Source: Ptychomitrium polyphyllum (Eukaryota). From it: a DNA stretch of 64,000 bases. A program made the position numbers and the translations under genes. The stretch is from the NCBI GenBank assembly GCA_973851085.1, contig OZ316776.1, forward strand, positions 15,128,001 to 15,192,000, in the 5' to 3' direction. How positions within the stretch are numbered: the stretch's first letter is position 1; each line of letters opens with the position of its first letter. The notes beneath the pieces are model-generated. The model had not been told where the DNA came from and did no database searches. It saw only the letters and a program-made list of their open reading frames with translations. Shown here in pieces: positions 14,781-28,200 of the stretch.

Positions 14781-17700
14781 TTAAGAGGGTTGACTAGGAA
14801 GCTGTAAGTGCGACTTAATTTCTGTCACGAGCCATTCGAGCTCTTCCGGCTGTAGTGCAGATCCAAATACATGTTGGTTTCTGCCTTCCTTCACGAAAGC
14901 TGCTTTCGCAAGGCGTTTATTGAACCCCTGATCAGGATCCTACAACACATTCAATAGTGAAAACATTTGAAAATTTAAGAATCCAAGATTCTCGAACGTC
15001 TAGGAGGAAAGTAATACGCCAAAGAGCAAATAACAACGCCTTGCATCTCCAGCACAAAGCGTTGTAACCAAGTAGGGACTGGGCAAATTACCTGTACTTC
15101 TTCCACCATAATATCTACAGAGCGTATGTTTTGAACCTCTCCAACAACTTGTTTCTTCCACATCTTACCAATGCTCCACTCAATAGCAAACCGTGGACCA
15201 TCGAATTCCAAGCGAATAGCGACTGCTGTACTGAATAGAGTTCTCTTGGCGAGCCTGCAAAACAACATGAAAAGCTTACCTTCGGGTAAGCTAACATAAC
15301 CGACCAAAAGCTCTTTGAGCAAGAGAGAACAGAGGGTTAATAATACAAGCGTTAAATTGAGAATTCTTATAACAAAGTATGGAGCGCTTTTGTAGAACGT
15401 CAAGTCCATGACTTACCTGAGACCTACAAACCAGAAAGGTAGAGAAAAGGCAGCAAAAACTGGACCGCCTCCAGCAATAGCTGAGCGCGTCCAAACAGCT
15501 ACGAACGCATTCCAAGCCTGGCAAACAATACCCACATAATCCTCAAGCTTATACAAAATATAAGGTGGATATTAACCAGGGCTATTTCTATAAAGAGCTC
15601 CTATTCTACTATATGCAAAGCATTAGGGGAAACCTAAATTATAATCAACATCTGTCAGACTGATACTGATTCTTAATGAAACTTCAAACTCACCACAGTA
15701 AATGCTCCACTCTCTGCTGTCTCTTGTGTGATCCCGTTTGCAGGAATCAGTACCTCTAGCTTGCTGTTGGTTCTTCTCAATTCCTGCACTCCAGATGATA
15801 AAATGAGCTTCTTTAAAACAAAGTAGTGACATACTAAATGGCAGTCAGAGTCAACCCAATCAGAGAGACAAGAGCTGATAGGCGCCAGATCCTCACCAAT
15901 TGGGTCCCTGCGGGTCTCTGGACAGTACTCATCTGTTGAGAATTTCGAGTTAAGTTGTCGGTGGAAGGGGAGGGCACTAAATAACTATCTTCCTGCAAGG
16001 CATGAATCACCTGGATTGGAGACTTCACAAGACAAGATTGAAAAACGTGTCAGTTTCAGTCAGGCATAAAATTCAAAGCATTCATCTATTACATTAAGAA
16101 TAACCCGACTGACAAATAGGGTGGTACCATCCTCTCTGTCAAACTTTTCCTAAACCATTTTCGACTTATCCTACCACACTGTAAGCATGCCAACCAAGCA
16201 AATCCGTAGGTCTAAAGTATTCAAGAATCACCTGAAAACGATCTTCTGGCGCAGGCTCCAAAAGTCGATCGACGACATTGGCAAGCCCGGTACTCATGGT
16301 CACAAGATCCCGAAATTCCACCTTCAAACGCCTCTGTCTTGCATAACGTGGTCTCTTAAGAAGATTTGATACTAACAGTACAATTAACTCACACACACAA
16401 CCCATATTCGTTGGTTTAAACAAAAATCATACAAACCTGAGGGAAGTACGAAGGAGGACGTCCGGAAAGCATGTATAGCATGGTACCACCGAGCCCATAA
16501 AGGTCGGTTTGAAGTGTTGCTCTGTTCTGAAACTGCTCCGGAGCCATGTAGCCATACTGTGCAGCAAAGTATCAATTATAAGTAATAAACGATTACTAGT
16601 GTAAATCAAAATCGGTCCGGGAAGGTAATTTCTCAGTAAACTGATATGGTAACCAAAATTTAAATTTGTGTATTTTCACTATCAAGTGCTATCTGAAAGG
16701 CCAGAACTCTAGAAAGTCCGAAGAGATATATAAAGCTTAAAAGTCCCCTATGTTAACTAAAGAATGGACAAAGGAGCACAAAGAATCGTGCGCATTAAAC
16801 ATATTATAGAGGGAGAGGCAAATGGAGACCTCATTCAGAGCAAGAAAACCGCACCGTGCCCACAACTGTGCTGCCTATCAGTGTCGAAGATGCTACGTCT
16901 TGAACTGCCCCAAAGTCCACAACCTTTACATTCCCTGTCTCTTCGTCCAAGATAATATTTTCTGGCTGTGCAAAATCGATTCAAATATCATTGATGCGCA
17001 TTGTGTGCCCAAAGCCTCCGAAGCAACCACGGGCATGATGATTAACATTCATGAATCAATAAATCAGAACTCTAGAAAGTCGGCTCCATTTAACAGTGCG
17101 GCAAGCAGCTTCCGATGATCAGGAAAATGCATCAGTACAAAATATCTATGACTTAAGAATCAGACAGTAACCTTGATATCTCTGTGGATAACAGGAGGTC
17201 GCAAGTCGCCAAGATACTTCAACACGGCAAGGATCTGTCTTCCAAACACCCAATAAAACTTTAAGTCAAAGTATCAATAATTCTATGTTATAAACAATTC
17301 GATTACTGTAAGACCAAATGTGCTTCTCTTTTACCAAGTAGCATATGTAAAGGGTGCTGTTTCCTCTTAACAGCTCAAACCCTATCTTGACAATCCAAAA
17401 GTTAATGGTGTATATTGTAAGAAATGTTTTTGCAAAGACACGCTTCCAAGCAATCCATTATCCTCACCTCCAATACAATGCGTTTAACTTTCTCCTCGGA
17501 GACACGCCATCCACTTGTCACTAGGTCTTCAAGTGACTTCCCCTTTGCTGCCCTTTGTGCTATGTAGAAAATACGGTCAACATCCGTATCCACCTGTATC
17601 GAGTGACCCAAAACAAAATGCTGAATTAATATGACCATATTTCTTTGTTGACACGAGTACTCAGCCCTACATCAAGAGCACTTTTATTGTTGTAAAGTGG

Positions 17701-19250
17701 ATTACTCCAATTCATGTAAAGTTCATGCTTAAGACTTGAGGACGATTCACAAACCTCAAAATAATCAATGTAGGCTGGAATACCAGGATGGTTTAACGAC
17801 TTGAGTACTCTTGCTTCTCTTTCGAAGAGATCAAGTTCCTGCAGCATAGGACAACATTGAGTGATCAATTACTTGAATGTTCCGCATTCAAGACTCCATG
17901 CCACATGAAGACAAGAGCACAGCATTAGCAGAGGGAAACAAACCTTCCATCCCTTCATGTTTCGTAACGACATGGCTTTCAAAGCTACAACTTCACCGTC
18001 GCCTCTCTCAGCTTCATACGTGACACCCATTGCACCCTGCCCAAACACCCCTGTTATAGTATACTTTCCAGCAACGACATCTCCCTTCTTGTGAAGCACA
18101 CCATATGGTAGCCTCTCAACCCACGAGTCGTCCTGCAGTATGTCCCCTCTGCGACAGTACATTGCTCTCATTTAGATTAGTGTAGTCATAACGAATGTAT
18201 AACATTCAACGCAGCAGAATTGACATTTGCATTTGGGCTCCCTCAAAAAAAGGAAAAAAAAAATGAAATTATAAGTTCGTGAGAGCACAAAGAGAATTCC
18301 AACCTTTCAGTAGCAGCATCACTCGGATTGTCACGACTCAAACCTTGTCGCAGAATTACGCCACGTGTTGAACTGCAGCTTAAAAGGCCTTGAGAAAGAG
18401 TACAAGACAATGATTTCCCAAAATGATTCAGCTCCGGTGTCGCAAACCTCTAATCCGACCGCACATCATAACGTACACACATCAGACAACTGCGGTTCCC
18501 CCTGAGAAAATTAAAAGCTCAGCCAGATATGAAAACTGTTAATCAAGGACCAATGCGGCTCTCTGCAAAAGCATCTAAAACTCCAGGTGAACATGCACTC
18601 GTTGAGCATTAAGAACCTTGTGGATATCTCGTCGCTAACATCAAACATCGACTGGTAATCCGTAACAACGATAAAACAAAACCTTCAAATTAACAACGAC
18701 GAACCTTCTCAATGCCGCTACATGGTCGAAGTTTTGCACTTCTTCGTCCATGTTGAACCACACCCGCATCCACCCCTCCTGTCCCTGTCACCACACACAC
18801 AGGCTTGCCCTAATTCACCTCAATCCACCTCAAAGTCCCCTCAAAACCAACACAGGAACATAATCTTCAAAATCAAAAACTCACACTAACATCATCTTAC
18901 TCTTCACGGAAATGTAAAACCCTGCAGACATTCAGATCATGAAGCGCCAGGAAAACGTCCAGCTCTAGGCAACCCGAGCCAAAACAAACGAAGGGGTCCC
19001 ATGGTGACCTCACTCCACAAACGACCCAGCAACTGTGAACCCGTTCAGCTCCGTCCATGGAAGCAGAACTGCACGACCCACAGACTAGAACAGGCTGAGC
19101 AGTGGTGAAGCTTGCAGAGCAAGCAGAGTCTCAAGTGAATCGCCATGTGAGGCAATGACAGAGCAAGTCTCGACCTCTCTTACCACGCACAGCGGTGGAT
19201 GAAGCTCCAGCAGCGCTACACATGGGAACAGCGGCCACAGCCATACCCAT
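14781..19250 (-). CDS. Multi-exon cyanobacterial-type (Pkn2/Spk-like) Ser/Thr protein kinase with a C-terminal extension. The 5' exons are tentative
   Basis: GQGAMGVTY, VALKAMSLRNMKGWK|ELDLFEREARVLKSLNHPGIPAYIDYFE, PPVIHRDIK|PENII, DFGAVQ, TVVGTYGYMAPEQF, DLYGLGGT, EPAPEDRF. Tail ...LQPEELEWLVTEIKSHL...* with TAA at 14781-14783. Short in-phase 5' exons lead back to ATG 19250. Confidence 0.88.
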
Positions 19251-19589
19251 CGTGGACGCAATCCTCTACATGGCTGGACGTGCAGTCTCACGTCGTAGTT
19301 TGAGTCCACGGCCTGAAGTGGCCACCGCCATCGCCATGTCCATTCGACGTCGACGCCTCGACACCAACAAGTCCCGGGTACCCAGTGCTGTGGATGACCC
19401 CCATCCCTCCTTCATCTCTTCTGGATGAATCTCGTCGACTCTCCGTCACGAAGGGCACCCAACGGGATGCCTTCGCTGTTGCCAACACCACACCATCTAT
19501 AGAACATATCATACTATTACTTAGCATCTACAAAAGTAGTAGATTTGGACGAATTCGTGTGCGGACCTGTCCGTCACTATAGTTGATGT

Positions 19590-20720
19590 CTCTAATATCT
19601 ATAATTTTAATAGATTTTATAAATTTAACGGTTTATAGATTTTATAATTTAAAATGGAAATCGATAAGTTTTAGGGTTGGATTGTTTATTTTAATGCTTA
19701 GTTAGTATTATTGGTCTAGAATTTTATATGAACTAAAGAAAAAACTTGATAAAAATTTATGAAATTATTTAAAAAAATTCATATTAATTTACTTTCAAGA
19801 TCTATATTACATAAATTTTACCAATTAATATGTGAATTCAATAAATTTTAAAAGAATGGAAATGAAACTAAATGGAATTGAAAAAAAATGGCTAAATACA
19901 TTTGTAATTCAAAAATCAAATGTTCTTATTTTTAAAATTTAAAGACTTGTTCTCATTAGGTTTACAACAAAGCTTAGAAGACAAGCATACTATTGAGTAC
20001 AAAATGAAATTTAAAAAATGAATTGATACATTGAAAGTTATATCTACCATTGTTTAAAATAAAATATCTATACATTCCTATCTTATGACTTATAGATATA
20101 AAACCAAAATGTATTTAAAATCAAAACTTTATTTATGACAATATTTTCAAATTTGAAATATTATATAAATTTTAAAATTCAGATATAAAATAATAAAATT
20201 CAAACTTCTTAAATTTTTTGAAAAGAAGTTCAAAAAACTATTGATTTTAAAAAAAGAAATGAATATGATATTTTCCTTGGAAAAATCTTTTGATAGTTTT
20301 ATTAAATCTACTTGCAAAGTTTTTATAGTTTAATTTGAAATATTCATGTTCAGAAGTAACAATTTTATGATTTTTTCAAATAAAAAATTTCCAAAAAACA
20401 AAATAAAGATGTTGTTTGAAAGCAAAAAAAATCATTGTGGAGTTCATTCATTGGAACCTTATAATTTTTTAGATATTATAAAAATGATGCTCTATACACA
20501 TTCACATTATCCATCCACTCATTCATCTTTAGTTTTCCATACTTAGGATTAAAACCTTATTTATGATCTTTTTATATGAACATGAAAGCCAACAAATGCA
20601 CTCTTACAACACGATGAAAAATTTCCACAATAATTTAAAAAAAATCATAAGTCTAAATTATATCACTTTTTGATTTTTAAAACCAAAAAAATCCAACCAC
20701 AAAAGTTAAAAAATACAATA
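19590..20720. other. Extremely AT-rich block between the divergent kinase and RhoGAP genes (decayed repeat?)
   Basis: Abrupt switch to very high AT with A/T runs, flanked by GC-rich gene starts. Confidence 0.4.
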
Positions 20721-21352
20721 TCATCTCCTTCATGCCATGCAAACACTTCATTAACCACAAAAATCTCCAAACAAATCTCCGAACCTCAAAACTCCATATC
20801 ACTCATCATTCCCAATTCCTTGCCTTCCACGTTCTATAACAAAAACTGCACACTAGAACCACCAATAAATTCTTCCTCCCTGTGACACGTAAGACTACGT
20901 CGTCCCATGTGGAAGGGCCCACGGAACCCACTCAAGACGACAAACTCCAGCTCGACCTCCACGTGGACCTCGATCCTCATGCATTACGCCCGAGCGTCCG
21001 ACACCCATCCATTCTCGCCCTGCGCCCGCTCCGCGCGGCAGCGGCCTCGGTCCCGCAAGCTTGCGGCTGCGTCCTCGCGCCACAGCAGCGGCGGGCGCGG
21101 CAGAGCGGCCGCTGCCGGGAGAGCGCCGCGAATGGCGATGGCGACGGCCGCAGCGCGAGCGTGGTGGAGGCGCGCCCCCAGATCTGCTGCCCTGACCTCG
21201 CCGACGCGGAGGCTCTAGCCCTCGATCCGTGGTTGCGGATCATTCATTCCCTCGCACTCCTACATTCCTCCTAGTACCGGAGATCTGCCTCGTCTCCGGT
21301 GGTCGCGTCGTAGCCTCGCTGACGCCCGGTACGGTGCGTTGGGTAGGGTGGT

Positions 21353-21354
21353 TG

Positions 21355-21394
<40 letters not shown>

Positions 21395-21436
21395 AGCCCG
21401 TTTCCTCATGTCGTCGTCGTCGTCGTCGTCGTCGGC
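21353..21436. repeat. (CGGCTC)n and (CGT)n microsatellites in the GC-rich 5' region of the RhoGAP gene
   Basis: About 6 CGGCTC units followed by about 8 CGT units. Confidence 0.9.
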
Positions 21437-22277
21437 GGATCTGTGCCCGGAGTGTGTTTGAATGCACCAGCGTTGTGCGAACATCCAGGGTTGTAGATCC
21501 AGTGCGAGGGTAGGTAGTTGGGTGGGTGGGTGTGTGGGTGGGTCGCGGATGGGCGTGGTGGGGTGGTGGAAGATGGGGGTTGAGGGGGCAGCGCCGTGGG
21601 CAATGTAGTGACGCTCATTCAGAGTTTGAGAGTTTCCAGTTTTCGTCCCGAGGTTTTGGAGGTTCTGAGACGGTGCGCGGGAGTGTTTGAGTTTGCAGAT
21701 GAGGAGGGTGTTGCTGTAATCCAGGGCAGTAGGTGGTGGGGAGCGCAGCGGACAATCATCGACGCTCAGCTCGGTGGAGGGTTTTGGCATTACTGGGATT
21801 GCGAGGGAGGTCCTCGTTGGGGTGGGGGATGTGATCGCGATGTGGAGATGGTGGTGTTGAGGAGGGTGGTGTAGAGCTTCGGAAGCGGAGAGCGTGTTTT
21901 CCGGACTTGCATTGGCTGCGTTTCGGGTGCAGGGACTCGTCGCCTGTACTGGCGCAGGCATTGCTGTAGGGTAACTGCACTGGGGATGAATGCTTCGGGA
22001 ACGGATCATGTGTTGTAGTAGTAATGGTAATAGTGCTACTAGTCTGGAATCAATCAACAGGCAGTGTGGTTTCTAGCGAGAATGAAGAAAATGGGCTGTG
22101 ATTTTAGAAATTGGTGCTGGAGAAGGCAGGGTGAGGCTCCTCGGAGAAGGATGTAGTGTGGTGTGGTGCTTCTTCGAGAGCTGCAAATGATCGAGTTTGT
22201 GGAGTTTGAGCGAGGTAGCAGGAGTAAGGAGCGAACCGCCCTCGTCGAATATATCTAGAGGGTAGCTGCATGCAGAA

Positions 22278-25200
22278 ATGTCAGCTGCAGTGAGCCCAGC
22301 ACCGTTTGACCGGCCTGCAGCACGACCTAGTAACCGCAGCAACAACAACTTGGTGAGTTCGTTTTCCATCCACAGTCACCATTTTCCTCGCCAGTAGTGT
22401 TCAAACTTCAAGACGATGATGATGGCGAAGATCAGGGCACGGTTTTGGATCAGTTCCGCTTGTTCCGTGACGGATCTGCTCAGATTGGTTCTCTGCGTCA
22501 TTTGTTCGTTTGACCTAATTTTCTTCCTTTATCCCCAGATCTGCATTTCTGGGTCTTTAGAACTACTTGAATGATTTTGCACAATGTAAGAGACCGTGGG
22601 TCACTGTGACGAAGAAATGCAGATTTCAAATGAGTTTATTTTGAGGCTCGAGTACTTAATTGAACCTAGTGGTGTTGTGAAACGGGAAAATTTTCGATTG
22701 TTCGAGTCGGTTTGTCGATTCTCTAGGCATATTAACATGAAGCATTTGGATTTATTCTAGACGGCTTTTCCGTCATGATGCAGATGATTGAGGCCTTCAT
22801 TTTTGTTATCACTGTGAACACCTTGTCTGGATGGATTTGTTTACTGGAATATGTATGATACAATAACGCAATTATTTTTCAGGTTTACAAGAGCGGGCCA
22901 CTCTATATCTCTTCCAAAGGTAAGTTGTCATTCGTTTCCAGATATTTATGTTTCTCTAAGCCGCTGATATTTAGAGAGTTTCAGGGATTTTTGCTCCATT
23001 AACAAGATTCCTAATGCCTATGTGATGCTTGGAACACTTTAATTGAGTTCAGTTGGGTTTTTGGTTATTCAGGTTTAGGGTGGAAGTCATGGAAGCGACG
23101 CTGGTTTATTCTGACTCGAACATCACTGGTGTTTTTTAAAAATGATCCGGTGAGTGTCTGCTTTGTTACCGATCTTCTGCGTATCATTGTAAGGCTTCTT
23201 TTAGTGAACCGTATCCATCGGATGTGGGTCACCAGCCCAGTATGCTTCTGGATCATTATGAAGTCTTCTAGTGAAACATTCCTCCATCTCTAAAAGTCAC
23301 TCAAAGAACTTAAATGATTCCAGTAAGTTTACTCAGAAGGTGGAGGAAATTCATGTTCTATCAGAGGCCGAATTGCACCTATAGTGTTTTCCTTTCTACT
23401 ATACTGCTTACAACAACCTCTACTTCTTACATACGCCGATCTGCAACAGTCTTACCTGTGGTGAACTTTGAAACTACTTGCAGAATACATATCCCTCGAA
23501 AGGGGGTGATATGAACCTGACTCTTGGGGGTATTGATTTGAACAACTCTGGCAGGTGAGTACTGCCTTTCTCTGGTACAGTGTCAGTGCTTTAGCTCTTC
23601 TAGGAGTTTGCCAGCTTGCCTGTTGTGCTCTCCCTTTCTTATAGCTAAACGAAGTTGGTCATCCTCCCTTAGTTCACCTTATTTAATAGTTTCAGTTCCC
23701 ATCGTTTTCTATAGAGATAGGTTTAGTTCCAAATAGTTGTTAGGCAATGAACTTTAGATATTTGCTGTGTCTTTGTTCGTATTATGCCGTGCTTGAGCAG
23801 AAAATGGGCAGTTTCGGGTAGTTCAATCACCAATAGTGGGCTTGCGAGCAGTGTTCTTGTGCGAGCAGAGAAAAAGTTGCTGACGGTCTTGTTTCCGGAT
23901 GGAAGGGCTTTTACTCTAAAGGTGATCACCTCTGTTGGTCTTTCTCACTTTATTTGCTAGCGTGAGTATAATTATCTGAGTATTTAACGTGGACGAAGTA
24001 CTTCAATTTACCAAAGTGCGACTTGCTGTATCCTCTTATTTGGTGTTAGTGCCGTTCTTTGTCTGCCCTACTTGATTGATAACTTCCTTTTCAACGTTGC
24101 CTGCACTTATTCATGCTGAATTGATCATTTTTCTTCTTTATATTTTGTTGCTTGTAGGCCGAAACAGTTGAAGATGTCGAAGAATGGAAAGACGCCTTGG
24201 AGCGGGCTCTTCAGGCAGCACCAAATGCATCGTCATTGAGTAATAGTCCAAGCTTTCAAACTGAACCTCTTGAATCTATCGATGGATCAGCAGAGCAAGG
24301 TAGGTCTCAAAGTATGCAGTAAATTGAACTACTGTAGTAAGTATCGAACTCAGGTTGATCGATGGGTAAGAATAAAGATATTTATTCCATGTGCACTTGT
24401 TAACACGCGATTTGACAGATTTTGTATAAAACCTTGACATATTTTGTTTAACACGCATATGATTCCTGTTTTGAATGTATGATAATGATCCGGTGGAGAG
24501 CTTAGTTCTCTGTGTGAGTTAATACTTCAGCTAGAAGTTTAACATGCTTTGGATTTTCTGAAATTTGGAGAACATAATTACCTTCCTCGTGCAAATTCCT
24601 GTTTTGAATATTTGGCTTTGTGTTGAACCTTATGACGGTCTCTCACAGGTCTCTCTAATCGGCGACCAGTCAAATCTATGGTTGTTGGTAGACCAATCCT
24701 ACTGGCCTTGGAAGACATTGATGGAAGTCCATCCTTTCTGGAGAAAGCCCTTACTTTTATTGAGACATATGGTATGTTATTCCACTGTTAGATAAGATGA
24801 AATGCGTTCTACTAATTTATCAAGTATATATTAAAGGTTTTGTAATTCATCTCAATGTAACGCGTTGATTTCTACGAATAGGTGCTGGGGTGGAAGGGAT
24901 ATTGCGGCAGTCTGCAGATGTTGAAGATGTAGAGCGGCGTGTGCGTGACTATGAGCAAGGTTTGTGTTTATGCTTGTCTTTTATGCTTTGGTTTTAACTG
25001 AAGGGGTTTCATTGATTAGTAAGCATATATTTGAACAGACTAATTCTATGAATGTTTTGTACGTATGCAGGACGAAATCTATTTTCACCGGACGAAGATG
25101 CACATGTTATTGGTGATTGCATAAAGGTGAATATTTACAGTCTTCCTAGACACTATTTTCAGGGTGTTATCTGGAACGATCTAATATATAGCTGCCAATC

Positions 25201-28200
25201 ACTTAAATTGTATCAACAATTAGAAGTTCCGAGTTTACAGGAAATTCTATTAAAGCGCATCTATCTGTATAAGATGATTTGTATGTTATTGTAAGTAGGT
25301 GTTCTAATTTGCTTTCTGGAGTCTGAAATGTACCAATATCCTTCACAGTGTGTTAATACTGAAGTATCCTTCCTTTATTGGCTGGGTACAGCATGTGCTA
25401 AGGGAGCTACCCTCATCGCCGGTCCCTACACCGTGCTGCACTGCTCTTCTCGATGCTCAAAGTAAAGTTTTGTCCTTTGCACACTGCCCTATTCTTCTAT
25501 TCAGGTTATCCGCTTGTATGACGATGTATGGTGTGCTGCCTATCTTTCCTAGAAGGTACAAACTGTTTGGGTTGCACTAACTTTTTCTACTCGTACATGT
25601 AAACAATCCAAATAATTCACAGAGTTAGAAGGAAAGGGGCCCCGTATCTTGTCAATGAAGTCAGCAGTAACTGATACGTCTCCCGAGCCTAATCGACGAC
25701 TGCTTCAAAGGTATGACTTTACTTATCACACTAAATTCATTGTTGTGTCTTTGGGAACTAAAACATTTCATAGAATTTTACAACATGATCAACTGCAGAT
25801 AGTTTGTGAGCCTGGATCTTGGTGTGGTGGTATCATGCTTATAAGTAGACGTATTTAACATTGTTGAGCAGAGTATCGGTACACCAGTTTATAATTACCC
25901 AAGTATTAGGAATTGGCGCTATTTATTTGAAAATTTCTAGAAGCTCAGGAACATGATACGCGTTTTTTCTGTTTAAAGATGGACGTGATTCAACGATTTT
26001 ACTCATTATCTTTGATGATGATGATTTTTACTACGATATCGTAGTTATAGGACAGTGGTCCGTGAGAATATGTTCATCTTCTTTTGCTCTACGTATCGAA
26101 CACCCTGCAGTGTGTCATTTCTTTCATCTGAAGAACCTTTTCTGACCAAAGAGTATGCCTTTCAGAATTTTGAGGATGATGCGATCAGTGGCAGCACGCA
26201 CGGATGACAATCGAATGACTGCATCGGCTGTGGCTGCATGTATGGCTCCACTATTGTTGCGTCCCTTGTTGGCAGGAGAATGTGGACTAGAGGATGAGAC
26301 CGAAGTCAGTCCAGATAATGCCGCTCAGCTCCTGGCAGCTACGGCTGCTGCCAATAATGCTCAGTCCATTGTAACAACGCTGTTGGAGGAGTATGATCAT
26401 ATCTTTGAAGTAAGTTACCTTGTTGGCTCTTTAGTTTCTTCAAATGATGCAGAAGTTGTAGGTGCACATGTTTGTGCTGTTTAATGCTATCTGTGATATT
26501 GTACGTGACGAGCAACAATGTTTCAGGATTATGGTCTACAGCGTGCTCCACCGCCTCCTCAAATCTATGGAACTCTGGAGGCTAGTGAGACCGAAGGTTC
26601 CTCTGACGACGACGACGACGATGAAGCATTACACGTAATGAATGAGAGCGAGGGGAACTTTCACGATGCTGCTAATGATTTGCAAGAAGATGGTGATGAG
26701 TACAATGAGCGTGCTCTTTCAGGCACTCTTAGTGAAAGTAGTGGCAATCTTGGCAGTGACGTATTTGACTACAAGGTGCGATGGCTGTGGAGAGGCCATC
26801 TCTTTTGTCAATTCTTGCTATTGCTTATTCTTGTATTTGCGGTCAGAGGTAAGTGTTAGGCTGTTCTTTCGCATGAAATTTTGTTGTTCCTCGCTTTAAC
26901 AAATAGTTATTCATGGCTGCAGGTTTTTGAAGGTGGTGATTCGGACAATGAATGTTCAGGTGGTTTTGGTTCTTCTACTGTGCGACCAAAAGGGAGCACT
27001 AAGGCATGGTCACGCTCGGTGCAACTAGGAAGTGAGGACCAGAATCAGCTACCTTCAGTTATGGTAGATAATGGTGTGTTCAACACAAGTATTGCAGGGC
27101 GAGGTCGGGCGTCTCCAATGTGGAGAGACGGCAGAGCATCCCCACCTATGAATACATCACAATCTGAAAAGAACAGCAACAACTCTATTTCAAATCCGCG
27201 GGCCTCAGCTTCCAACAGCAAGCGAACATCTTTATGGGGTCTAGCAGCAGTATGCGTCCTTCTCAATTGTTAACTTTTCATCATGTGCTTTATATTCTAC
27301 TGTGAAGTTCCACGTTAATCGGCAATATTGACTCTTATTAATCTTACAATGATGCCCAATTGCTTGGAATGTGCAGGTGACCAACAAGAGTGCTAATGCA
27401 GATATTAACGATTCATCTGGGGAGGAAGAGTAAGTTCATTCTATATCTTCCATGACATGGTTATCGTCATTTCAGTATCATATCACAATTTTAGGAGCAT
27501 GAGTTAAACGCAGTGACATGTACTTACGTCCACTTAAAGCTGGTCCTATATTACTTCAATCTTAGTAGTTTGTTTGTACATATGCCGCAGATTGGCCATA
27601 CATCGGTTGGAAGTGACCAGGACTGATTTGCGTAATCGGATTGCTAAAGAGGTACAGCATCTTATTAGAAGCAGACGTGAAATTATGATCTTTGACCTTT
27701 TTTTAGTTAAATTTTAAAAAATAAATTTACTTAAATTTTAATAAATATTGCATGGTTCACGACCCTGACTTTTAGCTTGCTCTACTTGATATAGGACATT
27801 CTTATGAGTGTAGGCATTTGTTCTGAGTCTCTATATTCGCATCCATCATTTTCATATTCACAGGAATTCCTATTGAATAATTCCTTCCTCTAAAATCGGA
27901 AATTTAACCCAAATTCCTCAGGGTCTTAGTGTCATTATATCCTGGCATTTTGAATCTACAGGCCAAAGGCAATGCAATCTTACAAGCCAGCTTGGAGAGA
28001 AGAAAACAAGCTTTACATGACCGTCGGCTGGCACTAGAGCAGGATGTACGTATCTTTGAAACCTTTAGTTTGATTGTAAACTGGGATTCGTGCACTATCA
28101 TGTTTTGCATGAATGGCCATCTAAAGATTGTAGGAACTCTCTATTGTCATTGCCCTGCTGTGACATTGTATAAATGATTGTGGACTGCTTCTGTACTGGT

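Noticed and set aside
21260..22057. 265-aa minus-strand ORF
   Set aside because: Antisense to the GC-rich, low-complexity RhoGAP leader, starts at a non-ATG codon, and has no domain.
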